Shown: positions 28,528 through 36,631 of the stretch, one piece after another
Position numbering within the stretch: the stretch's first letter is position 1
Layout of the letters: each line of letters begins with the position of its first letter
From: an uncultured Clostridia bacterium
Lineage (GTDB): Bacteria; Bacillota; Clostridia; Christensenellales; UBA1242
Assembly (NCBI GenBank): GCA_944377365.1
Contig: CALWEQ010000009.1
Coordinates: 15,137-79,136, forward strand
Direction of reading: 5' to 3'
Length of the DNA: 64,000 bases
Notes under the pieces: model-generated
What the model was told of the DNA's origin: nothing
Seen by the model: the letters and a program-made list of their open reading frames with translations, nothing else
The model's database searches: none
Translations under genes and position numbers: made by a program

Positions 28528-29211
28528 TTAAATTGTTGTGACTACTTTTACTCCTGGCCCCATACTTGAGCAAACTGAAATGTTTCTAAAATATTGACCT
28601 TTTGCTGCGGCTGGTTTTGCCTTTGTAAGAGCATCAATAACTGTTGTGTAATTTTCAAGCAATTTTTCTTTTCCAAAACTTGCTTTACCAATTATAACAT
28701 GCACGTTGTTTGTTTTGTCAAGTCTGTATTCAACTTTTCCGGCTTTTACATCAGTTATTGCTTTCTTAACATCCATCGTTACAGTACCACTTTTTGGGTT
28801 TGGCATAAGTCCCTTTGGCCCAAGAATTCTTGCTACTCGGCCGATTACTCCCATCATGTCTGGTGTTGTAATGCAGACATCAAAATCGAGCCATCCACCT
28901 TGTATTTTCGCAACGATTTCTTCTGCCCCAACAAAGTCCGCACCTGCTTTAACTGCGTCGTCTGCTTTGTCGCCTCTAGCAATTACCAAAACTTTGACGC
29001 TTTTACCTGTTCCGTGTGGCAATACCACAACTCCTCTAACCTGTTGGTCAGCATTTCTTCCATCAACGCCAAGTTTTACGTGCAATTCGATTGTTTCGTC
29101 AAATTTTGCTTTTGCGTTGTTTAAAACGTTTTCAATCGCTTCGCTTGCTGAATAACTTTTCAATTTGTCATAAGATTCAAGCGCAGCTTTCATTCTTTTC
29201 CCTACTTTCAT
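28528..29211 (-). CDS. rplA: 50S ribosomal protein L1
   Basis: 227 aa: [12 protein letters not shown]...[19 protein letters not shown]...GPRGLMPNPK-type sequence ([16 protein letters not shown]). Confidence 0.97.
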   Translation of the reverse strand: MKVGKRMKAALESYDKLKSYSASEAIENVLNNAKAKFDETIELHVKLGVDGRNADQQVRGVVVLPHGTGKSVKVLVIARGDKADDAVKAGADFVGAEEIVAKIQGGWLDFDVCITTPDMMGVIGRVARILGPKGLMPNPKSGTVTMDVKKAITDVKAGKVEYRLDKTNNVHVIIGKASFGKEKLLENYTTVIDALTKAKPAAAKGQYFRNISVCSSMGPGVKVVTTI

Positions 29212-29225
29212 CTGCTTCTCTCCTC

Positions 29226-29657
29226 TTATTCAACAACTGTCACGCCCATACTGCGTGCTGCTCCTTCAATCATGCTCATAGCAGATTCTAAACTTCCAGC
29301 ATTTAAATCTGGCATTTTTAATTCTGCAATTTCTTTAATTTGGGCTTTTGTGATTGATCCGACTTTTGTTTTGTTTGGTTTTGCTGAACCTTTTTCTAAT
29401 CCAATAGCTTTCTTAATAAGAACTGCTGCTGGTGGTGTTTTCAGCACAAACGAGAATGACCTGTCTTGATAAATTGTTATCACAACAGGAATGACAAGAC
29501 CAGCTTGTGATGCTGTTTTGTCGTTAAACTCTTTGGTAAATGCCGCAATGTTTATACCGTGAGGTCCCAAAGATGAACCTACTGGTGGTCCAGGTGTGGC
29601 TTTACCAGCTGGGAGCTGAAGTTTTACAACTGCTCCAATCTTCTTTACTGCTGCCAT
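29226..29657 (-). CDS. rplK: 50S ribosomal protein L11
   Basis: 143 aa: [35 protein letters not shown]... Confidence 0.97.
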   Translation of the reverse strand: MAAVKKIGAVVKLQLPAGKATPGPPVGSSLGPHGINIAAFTKEFNDKTASQAGLVIPVVITIYQDRSFSFVLKTPPAAVLIKKAIGLEKGSAKPNKTKVGSITKAQIKEIAELKMPDLNAGSLESAMSMIEGAARSMGVTVVE

Positions 29658-29751
29658 TTTTTCCTCCTTATGTTGTGGTGCGTTGAGCAGATGGCTACTG
29701 CTCTCCCACGATTTTGTATTTTAAGCGGTCTCCCGCGAAATACCATTTTTT
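29658..29751 (-). promoter_or_regulatory. structured rplK-rplA leader, candidate L1 autoregulatory site
   Basis: A GC-rich leader in an AT-rich genome. Minus strand has GCGG-GAGA-CCGC and GAGCAG-tagccat-CTGCTC hairpins and two GGGAGA motifs just 5' of the SD. The link to L1 feedback is by analogy only. Confidence 0.3.
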
Positions 29752-30360
29752 CTATGCGTCAACCTTTCGCATTTGCGTGAAGTCTAAATCTACCGGGGCT
29801 TCTCTGCCGAACATTTCAACTATAACTGTTGCTATTCCTGTTTCAGTGTTAACAGTTTGAACAGTCCCTATAGTGCCTTCGAGGGGTCCGTCAATGACTT
29901 CAACCTTGTCTCCTACATCAAGCTTGGCTTCAATCTTGATTTTTTCAAGTTTGTTTTTGCGCACTTCTTCTTCTGTAAGCGCCAACGCTCTTGCGTTTGG
30001 GCCAACAAACCCTGTTATACCACGCGTATTGATAACTGCATGCCACAAATCATCGCCATATATCATTTTAACAAAGATATAACAAGGCATGCTTTTTCTT
30101 TCAACCAATTTTTTCTTGCCATTTTTTTCTTCGACCACTGTTTCCATTGGTATAACAATGTCGAATATACGATTTTGTAAATTAAATTTTGGTATAACTG
30201 CAAGCAAATTTTCTTTAGCCACATTTTCGTAACCTGAATAGGTGTGAAGAGCATACCATTTTGCTTTTGATTTTGCCTCTTCATACTCAGCTTTTGATTT
30301 TTCTTCTTCCAAGCTCACTTGATTTGCTTCCATATTCTCATCTAGTTTTTTTTCTTCCAT
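29752..30360 (-). CDS. nusG: transcription termination/antitermination factor NusG
   Basis: KWYALHTYSGYENVAKENL (NGN) and GDKVEVIDGPLEGTIGTVQTV (KOW). There is an acidic N-terminal extension of about 33 aa. Confidence 0.95.
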   Translation of the reverse strand: MEEKKLDENMEANQVSLEEEKSKAEYEEAKSKAKWYALHTYSGYENVAKENLLAVIPKFNLQNRIFDIVIPMETVVEEKNGKKKLVERKSMPCYIFVKMIYGDDLWHAVINTRGITGFVGPNARALALTEEEVRKNKLEKIKIEAKLDVGDKVEVIDGPLEGTIGTVQTVNTETGIATVIVEMFGREAPVDLDFTQMRKVDA

Positions 30361-30373
30361 TTTATTCCTCCCA

Positions 30374-30739
30374 TTAGCCAGTCAAGAGACCAAACAAATA
30401 TCCAAACAAGGTGTCAAGGCCGAAAAGCAACAAAGCAAAAATCAAAACCACAACTAAGACTATGCCTGTTTTTTTGCAAACTTCAGCAAATCCTGGCCAC
30501 GTAACTTTTTTTAATTCACTGGACATTTCTCTGGCCTTTTTTGATATTTTTCTTTCTTTAGGTTTTTTTTCTTTCTTTTTCTTGTCTTGTTTTGTTAAAT
30601 TTGCTTTTTCTACTTTAACACTTTTATCCTCTTTTGCAGGCAAAGTCGTATTGCCGAGATTTTGATTTTCAGCAATCACGTTTTCGGTTTGTTCACTTTC
30701 AGAGATTTTCTTCTCTTTTAAGTTTTTGTTTTTCGACAT
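30374..30739 (-). CDS. secE: preprotein translocase subunit SecE with long Lys/Glu-rich N-terminal extension
   Basis: The C-terminal 50 aa (MSSELKKVTWPGFAEVCKKTGIVLVVVLIFALLLFGLD...) equal a normal SecE. The long form is supported by a strong SD (gcaggaggcgat) before ATG 30739 and tight spacing after rpmG. Confidence 0.85.
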   Translation of the reverse strand: MSKNKNLKEKKISESEQTENVIAENQNLGNTTLPAKEDKSVKVEKANLTKQDKKKKEKKPKERKISKKAREMSSELKKVTWPGFAEVCKKTGIVLVVVLIFALLLFGLDTLFGYLFGLLTG

Positions 30740-30754
30740 ATCGCCTCCTGCGGA

Positions 30755-30916
30755 TTATTTTGTTTCTTTGTGAACTGTTCTCTTCCCACATTTTGGACAG
30801 AATTTTTTAATTTCAATCCTTTCAGGATTTGATGCACTATTCTTTGATGAAGAATAATTTCTCTCTTGACATTCTGTGCAAGCAAGGGTCACATATTTAC
30901 GTTTTGGTGCTGCCAT
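30755..30916 (-). CDS. rpmG: 50S ribosomal protein L33 (below track cutoff)
   Basis: Hand-translated 53 aa: [55 protein letters not shown] aggag lies upstream, and the gene sits in the canonical position before secE-nusG. Confidence 0.93.
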   Translation of the reverse strand: MAAPKRKYVTLACTECQERNYSSSKNSASNPERIEIKKFCPKCGKRTVHKETK

Positions 30917-30930
30917 ACTTAACTCCTAAC

Positions 30931-30994
30931 AAAAAAACTAACACCCCAATTGGAAGTGTTAGTGTATTTTAACATAACAACAGTTGTTTGTCAA
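30931..30994 (-). promoter_or_regulatory. near-consensus promoter of the rpmG operon overlapping a terminator hairpin
   Basis: Minus strand has TTGACA (30994-30989), a 17-nt spacer, then TAAAAT (30971-30966). The hairpin CTAACAC...GTGTTAG (30938-30962) plus a U7 run (30931-30937) lies just downstream, so the predicted TSS falls in the hairpin 5' arm. Confidence 0.5.
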
Positions 30995-31028
30995 GAAATT
31001 TTCTTGTAATTCAAAAAAATTTTATATG

Positions 31029-31328
31029 CTAGCTTTTCTTTGCTTTTTTTCGAAAATCTTTTAAGTCTTTGTCTGAAACAAACACGTCAATCAGCATAGC
31101 CTTTTGCTTTTCTCCGCATCTTTTAGTGCTGTCAATAAAATTTGACGGAAAATTAAAATCCAAATCGTTTGTAAGAACGTACATAAAATAAACTTTCAAA
31201 AGCTCTTTTGCAAACAAAAACGCTTCGTCATAATTGTCACCAGACGTCGAAATGTCAAGATCTGGGAAGTAAACCTTGGTTTCACCCTCATCAAAGTAAA
31301 ATATTGCTGGATAAATAAATTGTCGCAT
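31029..31328 (-). CDS. HicB-like (UPF0150) antitoxin-fold protein, no HicA partner nearby
   Basis: MRQFIYPAIFYFDEGETKVYFPDLDISTSGDNYDEAFLFAKELLKVY is the typical HicB N-terminal domain pattern. Start at ATG 31328 after ggagag. Confidence 0.6.
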   Translation of the reverse strand: MRQFIYPAIFYFDEGETKVYFPDLDISTSGDNYDEAFLFAKELLKVYFMYVLTNDLDFNFPSNFIDSTKRCGEKQKAMLIDVFVSDKDLKDFRKKAKKS

Positions 31329-31470
31329 TAATACTCTCCATTTAGTATATTTTAACAAACTTTAAACATTTTACCAAATAAAATCATATAAAATTTTTTT
31401 ATTAAAATTAATTTGACAAATTGTTTAAAAAGTTTTCTTACTAAAATCACGATTAATAATGTTGAACATA

Positions 31471-31492
31471 AAAAAAACGGGCATTTGCCCGA
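31471..31492 (-). terminator. intrinsic terminator
   Basis: Minus strand CGGGCAaatGCCCG followed by a T8 run, just after the 38-aa ORF. Confidence 0.8.
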
Positions 31493-31500
31493 GCTTTTTA

Positions 31501-31617
31501 TTAACGAGAAAGTTCCGTTCTTGCCTCAATGGATGCTATTTTTGATTTTTGCGCCACTGGATTGTAAGATACAACTGTAACATTGTCTTTTAATATTGTA
31601 AGCGAAAACTTTGGCAT
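31501..31617 (-). CDS. 38-aa conserved-looking small ORF downstream of argS
   Basis: Hand-translated: MPKFSLTILKDNVTVVSYNPVAQKSKIASIEARTELSR. A strong SD (taaggaggattg) ends 6 nt before the ATG, and it has its own terminator. No family recognised. Confidence 0.45.
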   Translation of the reverse strand: MPKFSLTILKDNVTVVSYNPVAQKSKIASIEARTELSR

Positions 31618-31723
31618 TTTTCAATCCTCCTTAATGACAACCATACTATATCACAAAATTTTGATTTTGTAAATAGTTTTTAAAAAAAATTTAAAATATT
31701 TTTTTCATTTATTTTAATAGTTT

Positions 31724-33454
31724 TTACATCTTTTCAGGCACTTCTATGGCAAGCACATCGCAGGCTGAATTGATCTCGTTTAAAGTCAGCTTTAACAAGG
31801 TTAATTTTGTAAATTTTTTGTTTAAATCTTGTTCAGAAATTATGCGCTCGGCATTGTAAAACGTTGAAAAGTTTTTTGCTAAATCGTATAAAGCATTACA
31901 AACACTGCTTAAACTTTTTTCATTAAATGCAGTTTCATAGCTTGCTTGCAATTTTGCCATGCTGATTACAACTGCTTTTTGTTCTGGTGTGTAAAAAGAA
32001 AGGTTTTCTTTAAAACTTCCTGCTTTGTTTAAAATTGACTTAATCCTGCAAGCGGTGTATTGAATATATGGCCCTGTTTTTCCTTCAAAAGAAGTGAATT
32101 TGTCTATGTCAAACACATAATCTTTTTCTACAACATTTGATAAATCTGCAAATTTAATTGCGGAATTTGCAATTATTCTTTTTAATTCATTGTCATAATC
32201 AGTGCCATTTTGTTTTAATTTTTCTTCAACTTTTTCTTGAACCATGCTTATCAGGTCAAGCAAACCAACATTGCCACCGTTTCTTGTCTTAAACGCCTTC
32301 CCGTCTTTGCCGTTCATTGTTCCAAAACCAGTGTGCCATAACTGTTGATTTGCAGGCGATATTCCTGCCTTTTTGCATGCTCTGAAAATTTGAGTAAATC
32401 GCTGAGTTTGTCTGCCATCTGTTAGATAATGTAAAATGTCGGGATGATAAAACTTGTTGCGATAATAAATTGTTGCAATATCGGAGGTGGCATAAAGTTC
32501 GCCTCCGTTTGATTTTTGTATTATGAGTGGTGGCATAGGGTTGTCATAACGTTGCACTTCATCTGGAGTTTTTTTAGGTAGAGGAATTTGTTCCCCCTCA
32601 ACTGCCACATCAACAACGAGAGCTCCTTCGCTTTCACGTGCGAGATTTTTTTCTTTAAAAATGTTTATTACCGTGTCAATATATTCACGTGCATCACTTT
32701 CACCATTCCATAAATCAAAATCGGCGTCAAGCAATTTGCAAACCTTTTTAGCTTCTTTCACAGAAACATCTCTCAATTTTTTCCAAAAATCATAATATGG
32801 CTCTTGTTTGTTTTGAAAAGCCAACGTCAAGCTTTCCGCCCTTTCTTTAAAAAACCTGTCCTCATCTTTTAATTTACTCGCCTTTGGGTATGCTTCGTTC
32901 ATAACTTCTATATTTAAGTTAAGCTCTCCTGACATATATTTTTCAAGCGTTCCTTCCTTTTCTAACATTGCCATAATCAAGCCTAACGGCATTCCCCAGT
33001 CTCCAAAAAAGATGTCGCTTGTTACTTTATAACCCAACTTTTTGTAAAGTCTTTTCAAGGCTTCACCAATATTAAAGGATCGCATATGGCCTATGTGCAT
33101 AGCTTTTCCCAAATTTGGCCCACCATAGTCAATAAAAATGTGCTCTTTTTTCTTTAAATATTTGTGATTTAGAATTTCTTTTCCGAGCTTCTCAAGCCCT
33201 ATTTGTGTTAATTTAATGTTTATAAACGCAGGTTTTGCAACGGAAAATTCGAAAAACTCGTTTGATGGAATGCTGTTTACGATCTTTTGTGCCAGTTCAA
33301 AAGGATTTGTGTTAAGTTTTTTTGCAACAGAAAAACACGAATTGCATTGAAAGTCACAATTTGGCATGTTTGAAAATACGACCGAAAACTCATCCTCCAC
33401 GCCTTGTGATTTTGCCGAACTCGTAAGAATTTTTTCTGCTTCTTTTTTAATCAT
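31724..33454 (-). CDS. argS: arginine--tRNA ligase
   Basis: 576 aa with GPNLGKAMHIGHMRS (HIGH). The anticodon-binding C-terminus ends in ...PEKM. Confidence 0.95.
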   Translation of the reverse strand: MIKKEAEKILTSSAKSQGVEDEFSVVFSNMPNCDFQCNSCFSVAKKLNTNPFELAQKIVNSIPSNEFFEFSVAKPAFINIKLTQIGLEKLGKEILNHKYLKKKEHIFIDYGGPNLGKAMHIGHMRSFNIGEALKRLYKKLGYKVTSDIFFGDWGMPLGLIMAMLEKEGTLEKYMSGELNLNIEVMNEAYPKASKLKDEDRFFKERAESLTLAFQNKQEPYYDFWKKLRDVSVKEAKKVCKLLDADFDLWNGESDAREYIDTVINIFKEKNLARESEGALVVDVAVEGEQIPLPKKTPDEVQRYDNPMPPLIIQKSNGGELYATSDIATIYYRNKFYHPDILHYLTDGRQTQRFTQIFRACKKAGISPANQQLWHTGFGTMNGKDGKAFKTRNGGNVGLLDLISMVQEKVEEKLKQNGTDYDNELKRIIANSAIKFADLSNVVEKDYVFDIDKFTSFEGKTGPYIQYTACRIKSILNKAGSFKENLSFYTPEQKAVVISMAKLQASYETAFNEKSLSSVCNALYDLAKNFSTFYNAERIISEQDLNKKFTKLTLLKLTLNEINSACDVLAIEVPEKM

Positions 33455-34046
33455 CGATCTCTCTCCTGTCTTCTATTGCACGCATCAGTGTTGCCTCGTC
33501 TGCATACTCCAAATTGCTTCCCATTGAAATTCCTTGCGCAAGCCTAGTAACTTTCACTCCCAGCGGTCGCAATAACCGAGAAATGTACATGGCCGTTGCG
33601 TCGCCCTCTACGTCTGGATCTGTCGCCATAATGACCTCTACAACTTTGTCATCTTTAACTCTCTTCAGCAACTCTTTAATCTTTAAATCTTCTGGTCCAC
33701 GCCCTTCTAATGGACTTATTGTTCCAAACAAAACATGGTAGCAACCGTTGAATGTTTTCACCTTTTCCATCGCAATAATATCTTTGGGTTCTTTTACTAC
33801 GCAAACAATTTTTGGATCGCGATTTAAACAAATGTCACACACAGGCTTGTCCGTATAATTACCACACTTAGAGCATAATTTTATTTTCTCTTTTGCATTT
33901 TTAATAGCTTCGGCAAAATTTTCTGCGCGTTCGTTTGATCCTTCGATTATAGAAAAAGCATAGCGTTGCGCCGTTTTATAGCCAACGCCTGGTAACGATC
34001 TAAAATATTCAATTAATCTTTCAATAGGATCATCAAATTTTGCCAT
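33447..34046 (-). CDS. recR: recombination protein RecR
   Basis: LPGVGYKTAQRYAF (HhH), a C4 zinc finger CSKCGNYTDKPVCDIC, and Toprim VCVVKEPKDIIAME...ATDPDVEGDATA. Confidence 0.96.
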   Translation of the reverse strand: MAKFDDPIERLIEYFRSLPGVGYKTAQRYAFSIIEGSNERAENFAEAIKNAKEKIKLCSKCGNYTDKPVCDICLNRDPKIVCVVKEPKDIIAMEKVKTFNGCYHVLFGTISPLEGRGPEDLKIKELLKRVKDDKVVEVIMATDPDVEGDATAMYISRLLRPLGVKVTRLAQGISMGSNLEYADEATLMRAIEDRREIDD

Positions 34047-34047
34047 A

Positions 34048-34368
34048 TTACATTCCTGGTATCTGTGGTATTCTTTCTTTTTCCGCTATGTCGATTTTTG
34101 CTATGACATCATTTATTGCAGAAACTACAAGGTCTTCAAGCATTTCAACATCGTCTGGATCAACAACTTCCTTTTTAATTTTCACGCTTTTCAAAGTTTT
34201 GTCACCAAGCATAATCACTTCAACCATGCCACCACCAGAAGAACCTCTAAATTCTTCTGCGTTTAGTTCTTCTCTTGCTTGTTGCATTTGTTGTTGAATT
34301 TTTTGTGCTTGACGCATAAGCTGTTGCATATTGCCTCCGCCAAAACCTCCGCCAAAACCGTAAGCCAT
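34048..34368 (-). CDS. ybaB: nucleoid-associated protein YbaB/EbfC
   Basis: 106 aa with MQQLMRQAQKIQQQMQQAREEL...SSGGGMVEV. Sits in the canonical dnaX-ybaB-recR context. Confidence 0.92.
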   Translation of the reverse strand: MAYGFGGGFGGGNMQQLMRQAQKIQQQMQQAREELNAEEFRGSSGGGMVEVIMLGDKTLKSVKIKKEVVDPDDVEMLEDLVVSAINDVIAKIDIAEKERIPQIPGM

Positions 34369-34378
34369 GTTTTCCTCC

Positions 34379-34741
34379 TTATTTGATTATTTTTAATTTT
34401 TCACCAAACATCTTTTCTAGTTTTTGTTTGTCTAGTTCAATATTGCTAGGTAATATCTCCGTTTTTTCTATGACAACGTTCATTTCAAGCCCTTGCCAGC
34501 TAAGCGCTCGCTCTATCTCTCGCTTTCCGTCTTTTAATAGTCCTTGAACCGTGGTGTCAGTGGTCGAAACAACCAGATTCTTTTCTATGATTTTGACATC
34601 TGTAATATCGCCACACGCAACGTGTAATGCAACGTGTTTGTGCTCTTTCAAAAACAAAACAACTTTCCCCCAAATTTCTCGAACATTTGTAGAGATGCTT
34701 GTCGCGAGTGGCTTAATTAATTTTTTTTTTGAAAATCTCCA
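34379..34741 (-). CDS. dnaX: dnaX tau-specific C-terminal segment, in the -1 frame relative to the upstream dnaX ORF
   Basis: This frame opens right after a TAA at 34744-34742 and reads WRFSKKKLIKPLATSISTNVREIWGKVVLFLKEHKHVALHVACGD... to the stop at 34379. The track lists only the last 92 aa, from a TTG. It has no SD of its own. It overlaps the zero-frame end only across the A10 run. Confidence 0.7.
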   Translation of the reverse strand, partial: WRFSKKKLIKPLATSISTNVREIWGKVVLFLKEHKHVALHVACGDITDVKIIEKNLVVSTTDTTVQGLLKDGKREIERALSWQGLEMNVVIEKTEILPSNIELDKQKLEKMFGEKLKIIK

Positions 34742-35832
34742 TTAATGCATGAAATTGCGACGTTTTCAACTAACAGCCGTGTGGATAACGCATAACGTAA
34801 TTCCGCCTCACTAGCCGAAAAATTTTGCATGTATCCTATTAATTGTTTGTCTGTTGCTCGGTCGCTTTGATCAAGCATCTTCGAAACGATTTCATCTGGC
34901 AAATTTAAAATTTCATTAGGATTGTTGCAGGTCTTGCAAATCAACAAATTTCTTGCGTGCTTAGCTGCATCCTTGGCAAAAATTGCAAGATTTTTGCCAC
35001 TATTTTCAATTCTGTTGATTTCTTCAAGCACCCCACCTATGTCTTTATCTATGATTTTGTCAAAAAAATTGATCAACAATTCATGGTCGGTTGCACCAAG
35101 CACCTTCAACACATCTTCTTGTGTGATATGCCCACCAGCATATGCGTTGATGGAGTCAGCAATTGACAATGTGTCACGCACACTTCCTTCGCCTGCTGAT
35201 GCGATTAATTTTATTGCTTCTGGTTCGGCATCAATGTTTTCTTTTTCAAAAACATTTGTTAGCACTTTGCAAAGATTTTCAATCGACAACAATCTAAAAT
35301 CGAATCTAGAACATCTCGAAAGTATTGTCGCTGGCAACTTTTGAACTTCTGTTGTTGCTAAAATAAATATCACATATTGAGGTGGCTCTTCCAAAGTTTT
35401 CAAAAGAGCATTGAATGCGCTGTCCGAAAGCATGTGAACTTCATCAATAATATAAACTTTATATTTTGCATCTATCGGAGCAAACTTAACCTTTTCACGC
35501 AACTCCCTAATGTCGTCAACCCTATTGTTTGAAGCTGCATCTATTTCAACTATGTTGACATCGTTTTCAGCCGAAAGCCTTCTGCAAACATCACATTGAC
35601 CACATGGCGAACCTGTTTGAGTGTTTGTGCAATTCACAGCTTTTGCAAAAATTTTTGCAACGCTTGTTTTTCCTGTCCCACGAGAACCTGTAAACAAATA
35701 GGCATGCGAAAGCTTGCCTGTCAATATTTGATTTGCAAGCGTTTTTGTTATGTGCTCTTGCCCAACCACTTCTTCAAATGTTTTTGGTCGATATTTTCGA
35801 TATAATGCTAGGTTGTTGTTTTTTTCTGTCAT
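34717..35832 (-). CDS. dnaX: DNA polymerase III subunit gamma/tau, zero-frame product (clamp-loader domains I-III)
   Basis: HAYLFTGSRGTGKTSVAK (Walker A), Zn module CGQCDVCRR, YIIDEVHMLS (Walker B), SRC motif ILSRCSRF. It ends ...GDFQKKN-stop, two codons after an A10 run (plus-strand T10 at 34721-34730). Confidence 0.93.
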   Translation of the reverse strand: MTEKNNNLALYRKYRPKTFEEVVGQEHITKTLANQILTGKLSHAYLFTGSRGTGKTSVAKIFAKAVNCTNTQTGSPCGQCDVCRRLSAENDVNIVEIDAASNNRVDDIRELREKVKFAPIDAKYKVYIIDEVHMLSDSAFNALLKTLEEPPQYVIFILATTEVQKLPATILSRCSRFDFRLLSIENLCKVLTNVFEKENIDAEPEAIKLIASAGEGSVRDTLSIADSINAYAGGHITQEDVLKVLGATDHELLINFFDKIIDKDIGGVLEEINRIENSGKNLAIFAKDAAKHARNLLICKTCNNPNEILNLPDEIVSKMLDQSDRATDKQLIGYMQNFSASEAELRYALSTRLLVENVAISCINGDFQKKN

Positions 35833-35881
35833 ATTTTATTATAACCTTTTAAAATGACCTTTGTAAAGTGTTTGTCCTAGA

Positions 35882-36631
35882 TTACTTTATGTTGTTTGCA
35901 ATATCTAAAAATTGGTTGACATTTAGTGATAGCTTACCAAACAATCCTCCGTCAATGCCAGCACAGTTTAAAAGTGCTCCAACATTTTTTTCATTTAAAC
36001 TGCCACCATAAAGAACTTGAATGTCTCGACTTGCTTTTTCTGAATAACTTTCGTATATCACCTTTCGAACGACTTTTGCTGCATTTTCCACATCTTTAAC
36101 ACTGGCGTTTTGTCCAGTGCCTATCGCCCAAATAGGCTCATACGCAATTATGACACTTTCTAATTCGTTTTCATATAATCCCCTCACGCATTCTTCGATT
36201 TGATGTCTAATTACGTCAAAAGTCTTTCCTGTGTTGCGATCTGCAAGAGATTCACCAACGCAAACTATGCATTTAAGTCCATTTTTAAGTGCTGTTTTTA
36301 TTTTTTTGTTTATAAGCTTGTCAGATTCTTTGTATTTTAAACGCCTGTCGCTATGCCCAATTATCACATATTCAACGCCGATGTCTTTGAGCATTTGTGC
36401 ACTGACCTCACCTGTGTAAGCGCCCTCTTCCTCATCGCTGACGTTCTGTGCGCCTATTCTCACAAGCGTGCCTTTTGTCAAATATGATGAAATTGGCAAA
36501 GAAACAAAAGAGGGGCACAAAACGACATCGGCACGGTTCCCGTTAAACCCTGCAACAAACTTTATTAAATATTGCTTGGTTTGCGACGGCGTTTGATTCA
36601 TTTTAAAATTACCAACTAACAATTTTTTCAT
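35882..36631 (-). CDS. tpiA: triose-phosphate isomerase
   Basis: VGNFKMN..., IIGHSDRR, AYEPIWAIGTG, YGGS. Confidence 0.96.
   Translation of the reverse strand: MKKLLVGNFKMNQTPSQTKQYLIKFVAGFNGNRADVVLCPSFVSLPISSYLTKGTLVRIGAQNVSDEEEGAYTGEVSAQMLKDIGVEYVIIGHSDRRLKYKESDKLINKKIKTALKNGLKCIVCVGESLADRNTGKTFDVIRHQIEECVRGLYENELESVIIAYEPIWAIGTGQNASVKDVENAAKVVRKVIYESYSEKASRDIQVLYGGSLNEKNVGALLNCAGIDGGLFGKLSLNVNQFLDIANNIK

Noticed and set aside
28594-29155. Long antisense track ORFs inside rplA (176 and 149 aa). There are many similar ones inside secA, valS, dnaX, pgk and the 915-aa gene (for example 53198-53932).
   Set aside because: They lie opposite or out of frame to strongly supported conserved genes, have low-complexity composition and lack an SD. 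They are typical shadow ORFs.
31359-31470. Search for a HicA toxin partner of the HicB-like gene.
   Set aside because: No ORF of suitable size (about 60 aa, with a K/R-rich dsRBD-like motif) exists on either strand in the flanks.
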